A DNA stretch of 53,851 bases from an uncultured Propionibacteriaceae bacterium (GTDB lineage Bacteria; Actinomycetota; Actinomycetes; Propionibacteriales; Propionibacteriaceae). The notes under the pieces were generated by a model that searched no databases, was not told the origin of the DNA, and saw nothing but the letters and a program-made list of their open reading frames with translations. Every line of letters begins with the position of its first letter. Positions within the stretch are counted from its first letter, which is position 1. This document shows positions 38,940-48,205 of this stretch, in pieces. The stretch covers positions 1 to 53,851 of the forward strand of contig CAYMMF010000001.1 of NCBI GenBank assembly GCA_964391475.1. Direction: 5' to 3'. The position numbers were made by a program, and so were the translations under genes.

Positions 38940-39788
38940 GTGCCTCGCACAGTGGAAGAGTTGACAGTGTTGCTCGATCTGGAGCGTCTCGAGGTGGATC
39001 TGTTTCGAGGTAGCCAGCCGGTCACCTCTCAGCAGCGGGCTTTTGGCGGCCAGGTGATGGGCCAGGCCTTAGAGGCCGCCTACCACACGGTTTTGCCGGA
39101 CAGGCTTTGCCATTCGCTTCACGGCTACTTTCTGCGTCCAGGAAGCACCGCAGCCCCGATCATCTACACGGTCACGTCGCCAAGGGACGGCCGGTCGTTC
39201 TCGTCCAGACACGTGGAGGCTAGGCAGCACGGCCAGAGCCTGTTCGTAATGAATGCCTCTTTCAAGGTTCCAGAAGCCGGACTCGAACACCAGTGGCCGC
39301 CGACACCCGGCGTCCCTCCTCCCCAGGAGTGCCCGCTGCTATCGGAGGTGTTGGGGGGACGATCGACCGTGCAGGCTTCAGCGTGGGAGGACGAATGGGG
39401 CGCCCTTGAGGTTCGGTACGCCGGTGATCACCGTAAGAGTGACTACACCTCGCACGCCGCGATGCAGATCTGGCTACGGGTTCCCCAGCAGTTACCAGAC
39501 TCTCCTCGGCTGCACCAGGAGTTGCTCGCGTACGCCAGCGATCTCACCTTGCTCGGTGTGTCGACGGTCGGCCATCCGGTCGAGTTCCTCTCGGCAGACA
39601 TGCAGATCGCTACAATTGACCATGCGATGTGGTTCCACCGTCCGATCCGGATCGATGACTGGATCATGTATGACCAGTTCTCGCCCTCGGCTTCAAACGG
39701 AATGGGGTATTCCCGCGGACGCCTTTATGCAGACGGACTTCTTGGGGTGTCAACCGCTCAAGAAGGTCTCATCCGACTTCGCGATTGA
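38940..39788 (+). CDS. tesB: acyl-CoA thioesterase II
   Basis: FGGQVMGQAL, HSLHGYFLRPG, RDGRSFS, LAYASD, DHAMWFH, QEG; GTG 38940 after GAGGAGG (TTG 38934 is the alternative). Confidence 0.92.
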   Translation: MPRTVEELTVLLDLERLEVDLFRGSQPVTSQQRAFGGQVMGQALEAAYHTVLPDRLCHSLHGYFLRPGSTAAPIIYTVTSPRDGRSFSSRHVEARQHGQSLFVMNASFKVPEAGLEHQWPPTPGVPPPQECPLLSEVLGGRSTVQASAWEDEWGALEVRYAGDHRKSDYTSHAAMQIWLRVPQQLPDSPRLHQELLAYASDLTLLGVSTVGHPVEFLSADMQIATIDHAMWFHRPIRIDDWIMYDQFSPSASNGMGYSRGRLYADGLLGVSTAQEGLIRLRD

Positions 39789-39799
39789 GCGGTAACCAG

Positions 39800-40750
39800 T
39801 CAGGCCGCAAGCTCAACAGTCGAACGAAGGCTAGCTAGCGCCTGACGCTCAATCTGACGCACTCGCTCCGCTGTGATACCCCAGACAGCTGCGATGTCAG
39901 CCAACTTCGCTTGGTGCCCGTCTACCAGCCCGTAGCGACGTCGCACAACGTCAGCAGAGCGCTCGTCCAGGTTTGCCAGCATGGATTCGAGTCGGGATCG
40001 GTCCTCTGCGCTCACAGCAATTTCCGCCGGGCCGGGAGCTACATCAAGAGCGAGCAAGTCGCCCAAGGACGTGTCGCCGTCTTCCTCCAGTGGGGCGTCA
40101 AGGCTGATGTGATCTCGTGCCAGACGCAACAGTTCGGCAACCCGCTCGGGATCCAAGGACATCTCATAGGCGATCTCGATAAGTTCTGGTTCGCGGCCTA
40201 ACTGGTGGGCCAACATTCGCCGAGCGTTCGTCACTTGGTTGATCTGCTCGGCTACATGCACCGGCAGCCGGACGATCCGCCCCTGTTGAGCGATGCCTCG
40301 GGAGATCGATTGACGAACCCACCACGTAGCGTAGGTGGAGAACTTGAAGCCCTTGGTGTAGTCGAACTTTTCAACAGCACGGATGAGGCCCGTGTTGCCT
40401 TCCTGAACCAGGTCAAGCAATGGCATCTGGGCTCGGCCGTACTTACGAGCAACTGACACGACGAGTCGCAAGTTTGCGGTAATGAAGTGCTTCAAGGCAG
40501 CTTCACCGTCGGCGGCAATCAACTCAAGCTCTGCGGGTGCGGCACTTAGGGGAGAGGACAACTCGTCTGAGGAAACGGTGCCGTTCAACAGAGCGCGCGC
40601 AAACAGCCCTGCCTCGATGCGACGAGCCAGAGCAACCTCTTCCACTGCGGTGAGCAGCGGCGTCTTTGCGATCCCGTCGAGGTACAACCCGACGGAGTCA
40701 CGGCCTTCGATTCCGTCGTTTACCCGAACCCGGTGAACAGTGGAGACCAT
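39800..40750 (-). CDS. sigB: group 2 sigma-70 factor (SigB/HrdD-like)
   Basis: Region 1.2 [31 protein letters not shown]; no region 1.1. Confidence 0.85.
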   Translation of the reverse strand: MVSTVHRVRVNDGIEGRDSVGLYLDGIAKTPLLTAVEEVALARRIEAGLFARALLNGTVSSDELSSPLSAAPAELELIAADGEAALKHFITANLRLVVSVARKYGRAQMPLLDLVQEGNTGLIRAVEKFDYTKGFKFSTYATWWVRQSISRGIAQQGRIVRLPVHVAEQINQVTNARRMLAHQLGREPELIEIAYEMSLDPERVAELLRLARDHISLDAPLEEDGDTSLGDLLALDVAPGPAEIAVSAEDRSRLESMLANLDERSADVVRRRYGLVDGHQAKLADIAAVWGITAERVRQIERQALASLRSTVELAA

Positions 40751-40779
40751 GGGCGTTCCTTTCCCTCTTCCACTGTTGT

Positions 40780-40805
40780 AACGCGTATTGGGTTTGTTTG
40801 ATTCG
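40780..40805 (-). promoter_or_regulatory. ECF (SigE/SigH/SigR-type) promoter of sigB
   Basis: CGAAT-N17-CGTT, one mismatch to GGAAY-N17-CGTT. Confidence 0.55.
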
Positions 40806-40900
40806 GGTTTTGCCCTCAAATGTCCCCTGGTGGTGCCCTGATAGGACGAATTCATACCCTGGTCGTACGCCATCCGTACTTCCGCAGCGGGAGTTGAGTT

Positions 40901-43009
40901 TCAGGACGCCTGGTCTACCAACCAGGCCAGTTCGAATGCCCGATCACGCCAGGCGTGGTAGCGGGCAGAGGCGCCGCCGTGCCCCGCGATCATTTCGGTC
41001 CGCAACAGGATCGGACGATCAGCGCCATTGGTCGCACAGGTACGTAGCCGAGCAATCCACTTGGCGGGTTCGGTCACCTCAACCCTGGTGTCATTCAGGC
41101 TGGTGGTGGCCAAAATAGCTGGGTACTCGCCGCATTCGATGTTCTCGTAAGGGGAGTACGACTTCATGTATTCGTACACACTCGCATCGTGCAGCGGGTC
41201 ACCCCACTCCTCCCATTCGATGACTGTCAACGGAAGGTCAGGGTTGAGGATGGTGGTCAAAGTATCCACAAACGGCACTGATGCGTGGATAGCCCTGAAT
41301 AGTTCAGGCTTCATGTTTGCCACCGCACCCATCAGCAGGCCGCCCGCAGAGCCACCCTCTGCCATGAGTTTGTTGGGGTGTGAGTAGCCGGACGCGACCA
41401 GATGTTCCCCGCACGAAATGAAGTCGGTGAACGTGTTGCGCTTGCTCATCAGCTTTCCTGCGTCGTACCAGGGACGCCCCATCTCACCCCCGCCGCGCAC
41501 GTGTGCGATGGCGAAGATGAATCCGCGGTCAAGCAAACTGAGCCGAGGAATGCTGAACGTCAACGGCACCGAGATTTCATATGAGCCGTAGCCATACAGC
41601 AGGCAGGGGCTCGTTTGATCTACTGGAGTGTCCTTGTGTCGCACAATCGAGATCGGGATTTGAGTTTCGTCGCTGGCGGCCGCCCAGAGGCGCTCGGTGA
41701 CGTATTGTGACGAATCAAACGGGCCCGCCGTTGGGTGATCCAGGACGGGTAGACGTCGAAGGACGCGGCGGTCTCCGGTCTCGAGCATGTACTCGATCAC
41801 CTCGGCGGGGCGCGCCAGTGACTCAAACGACAGCCGAATCCGATCAGTGTCAGGGGCGGCGTCCGAGTCAGCCCCGATTTCATAGATCTCTTCGTCGAAC
41901 CTGATCTGTCTGGGCTCCCCGAGGGATCCGTCCACCAACCGGGGCAGAATCGTGACCCCGGTCATCCCGTCCGTGCGGTGCTGTACCACTAGCCAGTGGT
42001 CGTAGGCGTCCACATCGGTCAGCCTGGTTTGCGGCTGTTGAGGAACCAGCGTCGTCCAATCCGAGGCGCTGGTCGATTCCAGTGGGGCTTGGCAGAGCTC
42101 GAACTGGGGCGCGCCATCGTTGTGGAGCACGAAGAGCGAATCAGTGGCGACTTCAACGATGTACTCAACGCCTACTCTTCGCGGTGCGATGCACCTGGGC
42201 GAGGCCTCAGGGTCGTCGGTGGGAAGAAGGTGGCATTCGGTCGATGTCTTACTTGCCAGTTCTATGAGCACCCACTGGCGGTCGCGACTCCCGTCGACGC
42301 CTACCCAGAACGCTTCGTCCTCCTCGACGAAGATGCGGGTGTCGGTTTCGTCGCCGACCCGGTGTCGCCAGACCTCAAATGGACGCCACGCAGCGTCCAC
42401 CCGGCAGTAGACCACCCGTTCGTCGCCGAGCCATGCCCCTCCGGGGCCGATTCTGCGTATCGGTCCGTCGACCACCATCCCCGTTGTTAGGTCTGTGATC
42501 CACAAGTCGTAGCGTTCGTCGCCTGAGGTGTCTATCGAGTACGCCAGGCGACGACCGTCTGGGGAAACCTCTGCCCACCCCAAAGACGCAAACGACTGAC
42601 CTTCGGCTAACAGGTTAAGATCCAACAACACCTGCTCGTTGGGCAGCGGCTCGGTGACGTCCGGAATGACGTCTCTAGATTCTCCGGCAATTCTGCAGTG
42701 CCGGGGGTAATCCAGACCTTCAACGGTCCGGGCGAAATACCACCACGCCGAGCCGTCGGTATGTGTCACCCACGTTGGCACGGTCATGTCGGTTTGACGG
42801 GTGCGGGTGACGATATCGGTGTAGATCTGCTGCCGCAGCTGGTCAAGATGAGAGGTTGAGGCTTCGGTGTAGGCGTTCTCTGCGGTCAGGTACTCCAAGA
42901 ACCTGGAATCGCCTTTGTCTGCCATCCAGTGGTACGGATCCACGACTGCATCAGAGTGAATGCTGCGGACGAATGACTCGGTAACGGCGACCGGCGGATG
43001 CTCAATCAT
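40901..43009 (-). CDS. ptrB: oligopeptidase B (S9A)
   Basis: DPYHWM, YGYGSY, HVRGGGEMG, GGSAGG, NDTRV, AGHGG catalytic triad. Confidence 0.93.
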   Translation of the reverse strand: MIEHPPVAVTESFVRSIHSDAVVDPYHWMADKGDSRFLEYLTAENAYTEASTSHLDQLRQQIYTDIVTRTRQTDMTVPTWVTHTDGSAWWYFARTVEGLDYPRHCRIAGESRDVIPDVTEPLPNEQVLLDLNLLAEGQSFASLGWAEVSPDGRRLAYSIDTSGDERYDLWITDLTTGMVVDGPIRRIGPGGAWLGDERVVYCRVDAAWRPFEVWRHRVGDETDTRIFVEEDEAFWVGVDGSRDRQWVLIELASKTSTECHLLPTDDPEASPRCIAPRRVGVEYIVEVATDSLFVLHNDGAPQFELCQAPLESTSASDWTTLVPQQPQTRLTDVDAYDHWLVVQHRTDGMTGVTILPRLVDGSLGEPRQIRFDEEIYEIGADSDAAPDTDRIRLSFESLARPAEVIEYMLETGDRRVLRRLPVLDHPTAGPFDSSQYVTERLWAAASDETQIPISIVRHKDTPVDQTSPCLLYGYGSYEISVPLTFSIPRLSLLDRGFIFAIAHVRGGGEMGRPWYDAGKLMSKRNTFTDFISCGEHLVASGYSHPNKLMAEGGSAGGLLMGAVANMKPELFRAIHASVPFVDTLTTILNPDLPLTVIEWEEWGDPLHDASVYEYMKSYSPYENIECGEYPAILATTSLNDTRVEVTEPAKWIARLRTCATNGADRPILLRTEMIAGHGGASARYHAWRDRAFELAWLVDQAS

Positions 43010-43146
43010 GGCGCGCAGCTTACTGTTTCGAGCTCTCAGCGGTATTTGGGTCTTGGGGAAAAACATGGCAGACTATGCGGTGCGCGACCTATTGACAAGT
43101 GCCGGTTGGGCTGCGCCCAAAATCGGATTCTACCGAGAGGCTTATA

Positions 43147-44616
43147 GTGACTGCATCCTCTGCAAAATCGTCTGCCACCCCGGACGAGAGCGCAAAGCCG
43201 ACGACGAGGCGTCCGACTACCAGGAAGGCTGCGACTGCGAAGGCCAGCGAGACCGCTGAGGCTGCTGCGCCAGCCAAGACGCCCGCGCGTAAACCCGCTG
43301 CCAAGACGCCCGCGCGTAAACCCGCTGCCAAGACGCCCGCGCGTAAACCGGCTGCGAAAGCGGCTCCAAAGACCGCCGAGCCCAAGATCAGCGAAGAGGT
43401 CGATCTGGAAGCGCCCGAGCCTTCCGAGCCCGAACTAGTCGCCGAAGACGAGAGTGTCGCGGCCGACGACCTCACCATTCAAGAGGCGCTAGGTGGGGAA
43501 CACGCCAAAGACGTCAAATTCGAACTCGAAGGCGACGATGTCGTAGTGACCGTACCCGCCCAGAAACGAACTCTGGACGACATCGACGAAGGCGAGTTCG
43601 ATGAGGGCGAGACCGCCAAAGAAGAGAAGAAACTCGCCGAGGACGAAGGGTTCGTTGTCAGCGACACAGATGACACCGACGAACCTGAGCAGCAGGTCAT
43701 GGTGGCTGGAGCCACTGCAGACCCGGTCAAGGATTACCTGAAACAGATCGGTAAGGTGGCGCTGCTGAATGCCGAGCAAGAGGTCCAACTGGCTAAGCGG
43801 ATCGAGGCTGGGTTGTTCGCTGACGAGCAACTCACGCAATTGAGTGTGAAGGCGGTGGATCTCGACGACTTCGAGTGGATCGCTGAAGACGGCAAACGGG
43901 CGAAGAACCACCTCCTCGAGGCGAATCTAAGGCTGGTGGTTTCTCTTGCCAAGCGTTACACCGGACGCGGAATGCTCTTCCTGGATTTGATCCAGGAAGG
44001 CAACTTGGGCTTGATCCGGGCGGTCGAGAAGTTCGATTACACCAAGGGATACAAATTCTCGACCTATGCCACCTGGTGGATCAAGCAGGCGATCACTCGG
44101 GCGATGGCAGACCAGGCGCGTACTATCCGGATCCCTGTGCACATGGTTGAAGTAATCAACAAGTTGGCGCGAGTGCAGCGTCAGATGCTTCAGGATCTCG
44201 GACGCGAACCAACCCCAGCCGAGTTGGCCAAGGAACTCGATATGACCCCGGAAAAGGTCGTTGAGGTGCAGAAGTACGGCCGTGAGCCGATCTCACTTCA
44301 CACTCCACTGGGGGAAGATGGAGATTCTGAGTTCGGCGACCTCATCGAAGATTCTGAAGCCGTTGTGCCTGCAGAGGCCGTGAACTTCACACTGCTGCAG
44401 GAGCAGCTTCACGACGTGCTCGACACGCTTTCTGATCGCGAGGCGGGTGTTGTCTCGATGAGATTCGGGCTGACTGATGGCCAGCCGAAGACGCTCGACG
44501 AAATCGGCAAGGTCTACGGGGTTACCCGGGAGCGGATCCGCCAGATCGAGTCAAAGACGATGAGCAAGCTGCGGCATCCATCAAGATCGCAAGTTCTGCG
44601 CGATTATCTCGATTAA
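43147..44616 (+). CDS. sigA: principal sigma factor SigA (HrdB/RpoD)
   Basis: [44 protein letters not shown]; basic then acidic N-terminal region. Confidence 0.97.
   Translation: MTASSAKSSATPDESAKPTTRRPTTRKAATAKASETAEAAAPAKTPARKPAAKTPARKPAAKTPARKPAAKAAPKTAEPKISEEVDLEAPEPSEPELVAEDESVAADDLTIQEALGGEHAKDVKFELEGDDVVVTVPAQKRTLDDIDEGEFDEGETAKEEKKLAEDEGFVVSDTDDTDEPEQQVMVAGATADPVKDYLKQIGKVALLNAEQEVQLAKRIEAGLFADEQLTQLSVKAVDLDDFEWIAEDGKRAKNHLLEANLRLVVSLAKRYTGRGMLFLDLIQEGNLGLIRAVEKFDYTKGYKFSTYATWWIKQAITRAMADQARTIRIPVHMVEVINKLARVQRQMLQDLGREPTPAELAKELDMTPEKVVEVQKYGREPISLHTPLGEDGDSEFGDLIEDSEAVVPAEAVNFTLLQEQLHDVLDTLSDREAGVVSMRFGLTDGQPKTLDEIGKVYGVTRERIRQIESKTMSKLRHPSRSQVLRDYLD
43273..43353 (+). repeat. 3 x 27-bp coding tandem repeat in sigA (AKTPARKPA)
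   Basis: GCCAAGACGCCCGCGCGTAAACCCGCT twice exactly; third copy has one mismatch. Confidence 0.95.
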
Positions 44617-44639
44617 TCAACATCAAGACAGGATTACAC

Positions 44640-45140
44640 ATGTCACCGCGTATCAGACCAGCAACGATTCTCGATCTCGAGCCAATGGCTGCAATGCGGG
44701 AAGCATCATGGCACGAGAGCTACTCGGATCTGGTGCCTGAAGAGGTTCTTGAGTGGTTGGACGCCCGCAGAGCCCGCACCGTCGAGGGCTGGAGCCAGAT
44801 GCTGCTCGATGGCACATATTTTTGGATAGCAACCCACGACGACGAGGTCGTTGGTCTGGCTCAAGCCGGGCCGAGTAGTGATGACGACATTGAGGTGTTG
44901 CTCGAAATCAACATGCTCTACGTTCGCGATCGGATGAAGGGCACTGGTTTGGCGGACGCGCTACTGAAGACAGCAATCGGAGATGCTGACGCCTATGCGT
45001 GGGTGCTGGAAAGAAACGACAGAGCCATATCCTTCTACCGTCGTCACGGTTTCGTTGTCGACGAGGTTCAGCGCGAAGTACCGCACATGCCGCCTACAGT
45101 TCGTGAACGTCGCCTAGTCCGCAGGGTCGTTCCAGACTGA
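44640..45140 (+). CDS. GNAT-family N-acetyltransferase
   Basis: IRPAT, LYV..RMKGTGLA acetyl-CoA loop, WVLERNDRAISFYRRHGF. Confidence 0.9.
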   Translation: MSPRIRPATILDLEPMAAMREASWHESYSDLVPEEVLEWLDARRARTVEGWSQMLLDGTYFWIATHDDEVVGLAQAGPSSDDDIEVLLEINMLYVRDRMKGTGLADALLKTAIGDADAYAWVLERNDRAISFYRRHGFVVDEVQREVPHMPPTVRERRLVRRVVPD

Positions 45141-45182
45141 GCCTGCTCAGGCATTCGAATGCTGAACCTGCCGAAACAGAAA

Positions 45183-45213
45183 AGTGGGTCCGGACATCAA
45201 GTCCGGACCCACT
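45183..45213 (-). terminator. intrinsic terminator, probably bidirectional
   Basis: Perfect 13-bp stem AGTGGGTCCGGAC-ATCAA-GTCCGGACCCACT; T-rich tail on the minus strand; between convergent genes. Confidence 0.88.
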
Positions 45214-45230
45214 GTCTTGCTAGAAAGACT

Positions 45231-45419
45231 TCATCCCAGACGGCTCGTCTCGTCGTGGACTTTTAGGGCAACCTGCTTGATACGGTCGGAGTGGACTCGT
45301 CCGTGGTGTCCGCAAAACAGAAGTTCACCGCCTGAGGGCAAAGTTACGCGAAGGTATGCCTGTGCGCCGCAGCGGTCACAGCGATCCGCGGTGGTTAGGG
45401 TGCTCATGGTTCCCGTCAT
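45231..45419 (-). CDS. small Zn-finger-like protein (DRCDRCGAQA...FCGHH; DUF7455-like)
   Basis: 62 aa from ATG 45419 after GGAGG; CxxC plus CxHH; divergent from parE. Confidence 0.85.
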   Translation of the reverse strand: MTGTMSTLTTADRCDRCGAQAYLRVTLPSGGELLFCGHHGRVHSDRIKQVALKVHDETSRLG

Positions 45420-45455
45420 CTCGTATTCCTCCGTAACTAGTGTCACAAACAACCT

Positions 45456-45481
45456 AACGGTCATCGGTGTCACTTTGTTCC
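45456..45481 (-). promoter_or_regulatory. SigH/SigE/SigR-type promoter of the Zn-finger gene
   Basis: GGAAC-N17-CGTT exact match. Confidence 0.75.
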
Positions 45482-45594
45482 CCACCTTGACCTTACCCAC
45501 CTGTTCCAACATGCAAGCCGAAAATGGGCTTCTTCTCATCGGCCGAGGTGCGAACCCTTCCACCTAGAGGTACAACAGCCGCTACTCTCGCATG

Positions 45595-47679
45595 GTGACC
45601 ACGAAGAGCACAGGCGGAACCAAGGGATACGAAGCCCGACACTTGTTGGTATTGGAGGGCCTCGAAGCGGTCCGAAAGCGACCAGCCATGTACATCGGTT
45701 CGACCGACACCCGTGGACTCATGCACTGTCTTTGGGAGATCATCGATAACGCTGTCGACGAGGCGCTGGCCGGGTTCGGTGATTCGATCGAGGTTTTCCT
45801 TCACGAGGACGGCTCGGTGCAGGTGAATGACCATGCGCGCGGCATGCCCGTCGACACCGAACCTCGAACCGGGCTTTCCGGGGTCGAGGTGATCTTCACC
45901 AAGTTGCACGCTGGCGGCAAATTTGGGGGAGGTTCATACACCGCGACCGGCGGGTTGCACGGCGTTGGGGCGTCCGTCGTCAACGCGCTGAGTTCCCGCT
46001 TGGACGTCGAAGTGGATCGAAACTCAGCCACCTGGCGAATGTCGTTTCGCCGCGGCGTGCCGGGGACGTTTGATGGTGATGGCCCGGACGCACCGTTCAC
46101 TGCAGGCGGTGGGCTGCAGAAAGTCGGACGCGTTCGAAAGGGTGTCACGGGCTCCCGGGTTCGCTACTGGCCCGACAAGCAGATTTTCCTTGCAGGAGCG
46201 CGGTTGTCTCGAACCCAACTGATGGCTCGGGCTCGCCAAACAGCATTCCTGGTGCCGGGGCTGAGAATCCGCGCCGTAGACGGCCGCAAGGCTGGCGACG
46301 AAATCGAAGAGACATTCAGTTTCGACGGCGGCATCTCGGAGTTCTGCGAGTACCTCGCCCCGGACGAGAGCCTGTCAGACGTGCTTCGCCTACAAGGGCA
46401 CGAGCAGTTCACCGAAACCGTCCCGGTCTTGGATTCTAACGGTTCGATGACCCCAACCGACGTGGAGCGCGACCTCAAGGTTGACATCGCCCTGCGGTGG
46501 GGCTCCGGATACGACACCAAAGTCCAATCATTTGTGAACATCATCGCCACCCCCAAAGGAGGAACCCACGTCACCGGGTTCGAGCGTGGACTCGTCCGAG
46601 CCTTCGCCAAAGCCCTCGATGGGACCCGGCTGCTTCGCGCAAGCGAAGAGGTGACAAAAGAAGACGTACTGGAAGGGCTCACGGCGGTCGTCACAGTGAG
46701 TCTCGCCGAACCCCAGTTCGAGGGTCAGACAAAGGAAGTTTTGGGGACGCCTCCGGTCACCCGACTGGTGACGCGAATAGTGGAAAGTGAGTTGGCCGGG
46801 TTCCTAACCTCAACCAGGACTGCCCAACGGACCCAGGCTCGCGCCGTGATGGAGAAGGTGGTGGGCGCGTCACGCACCCGTGTGGCAGCACGTGCCCACA
46901 AAGAGAACCAGCGGCGCAAGAACGCGCTTGAATCTTCAACGCTTCCCGCGAAGTTGAGTGATTGCCGCAGCAGTGACCCGGATCGAACCGAATTGTTCAT
47001 CGTTGAGGGCGACTCTGCCCTGGGGACCGCGAAGTTGGCCCGTAACTCCGAGTACCAAGCGCTGCTGCCCATTCGGGGCAAGATCCTGAACGTGCAGAAA
47101 GCGTCGGTTGGCGACATGTTGAAGAACGCCGAGTGCGCGGCGATAATCCAAGTCGTAGGTGCAGGCTCGGGCCGTACGTTCGACCTTGATTCCGCGCGAT
47201 ACGGCAAGATCATCTTCATGGCTGACGCCGACTCTGACGGCGCCCACATTCGCACTCTGCTCACCACGTTGTTCTTCAAGTACATGCGACCGCTGGTAGA
47301 GGCTGGACGCGTCTACACCGCGGTGCCACCGCTTCACCGCTTCGAACTGACCAACCCACGCCGAGGGCAGGAAAAATACTTGTACACCTACAACGAGGCT
47401 GAGTATCAACGAAAGTACGCCGAACTCACCAAGAAAGGTGTCAACTTCAAGGAACCCCAACGCTACAAGGGGCTCGGCGAGATGGACGCCGACCAACTGA
47501 AAGACACAACGATGGATCCGCGTCACAGAACTCTGCGGCGCATCACAGTCGAAGAAGGAGAATCCACCGAGCAGGCGATCGCCACCTTTGAGCGGCTCAT
47601 GGGCAACGACGTCGCGCCGAGAAAGGCCTTCATCATCGAAGGTGCGTTCGCGTTGGGTGTCGACAAAATCGACGCGTGA
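45595..47679 (+). CDS. parE: DNA topoisomerase IV subunit B (GyrB paralogue)
   Basis: EAVRKRPAMYIG, GGLHGVGAS, EGDSALG, PIRGKILN, DADSDG, RYKGLGEM; not at a dnaA-recF locus; GTG six nt after TACTCT (ATG 45592 is the alternative). Confidence 0.88.
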   Translation: MTTKSTGGTKGYEARHLLVLEGLEAVRKRPAMYIGSTDTRGLMHCLWEIIDNAVDEALAGFGDSIEVFLHEDGSVQVNDHARGMPVDTEPRTGLSGVEVIFTKLHAGGKFGGGSYTATGGLHGVGASVVNALSSRLDVEVDRNSATWRMSFRRGVPGTFDGDGPDAPFTAGGGLQKVGRVRKGVTGSRVRYWPDKQIFLAGARLSRTQLMARARQTAFLVPGLRIRAVDGRKAGDEIEETFSFDGGISEFCEYLAPDESLSDVLRLQGHEQFTETVPVLDSNGSMTPTDVERDLKVDIALRWGSGYDTKVQSFVNIIATPKGGTHVTGFERGLVRAFAKALDGTRLLRASEEVTKEDVLEGLTAVVTVSLAEPQFEGQTKEVLGTPPVTRLVTRIVESELAGFLTSTRTAQRTQARAVMEKVVGASRTRVAARAHKENQRRKNALESSTLPAKLSDCRSSDPDRTELFIVEGDSALGTAKLARNSEYQALLPIRGKILNVQKASVGDMLKNAECAAIIQVVGAGSGRTFDLDSARYGKIIFMADADSDGAHIRTLLTTLFFKYMRPLVEAGRVYTAVPPLHRFELTNPRRGQEKYLYTYNEAEYQRKYAELTKKGVNFKEPQRYKGLGEMDADQLKDTTMDPRHRTLRRITVEEGESTEQAIATFERLMGNDVAPRKAFIIEGAFALGVDKIDA

Positions 47680-47707
47680 GTTCTTTGGTCAGATAAACTC
47701 TTCCACT

Positions 47708-48205
47708 GTGACTGATGGCCCATTTGACGACCTGCTGAAGGCGAACAAGCGTTTCTCTTACTACTTCCCGCATGGGTTCGATGGCATAGCCCACGAGGGT
47801 GCGTTGGTTCTGACCTGCATGGATTCTCGTCTTCTACCGCTGGAGATGTTTGGGCTTCACGTGGGTGAAGCGAAGATTCTGCGAACACCTGGGGGGATTC
47901 TCACCAACACCGAACTTTCCGCGATGATCATGGGTGTCCACAGCTTAGGAGTGAATCGGATCCTCATCGTGCCGCACACCAAGTGCGCTGCCGCGTCGTC
48001 CACCGAAGAGAGCATGCGCGAGAAGGTCCGGGCGGCTTCCGGGATCGACCCTGGCGATTTTGTTTTCGGTGTCGTGACCAACCAGTTAGAACGACTGCAA
48101 GCGGACGTTGAGAAGGCGCGCTCTCACCCACTCATCGGCCCGTTCGCGGCGGTTGGCGGGTTCCTCTACGACGTCGACACCGGGTTGGTCGAACACAAGT
48201 TTTGA
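47708..48205 (+). CDS. beta-class carbonic anhydrase
   Basis: CMDSR and HTKC zinc ligands, RTPGG, YDVDTG. Confidence 0.9.
   Translation: MTDGPFDDLLKANKRFSYYFPHGFDGIAHEGALVLTCMDSRLLPLEMFGLHVGEAKILRTPGGILTNTELSAMIMGVHSLGVNRILIVPHTKCAAASSTEESMREKVRAASGIDPGDFVFGVVTNQLERLQADVEKARSHPLIGPFAAVGGFLYDVDTGLVEHKF

Noticed and set aside
43031-43041. CGC-TGAGA-GCT upstream of ptrB, resembling a ClgR site (ptrB is a ClgR target in related taxa)
   Set aside because: Core mismatch, and it lies only 8 nt from the -10, not upstream of the -35 where an activator site would be expected
43092-43122. Perfect TTGACA upstream of sigA
   Set aside because: No acceptable -10 at 16-18 nt spacing, so I cannot call a promoter from it
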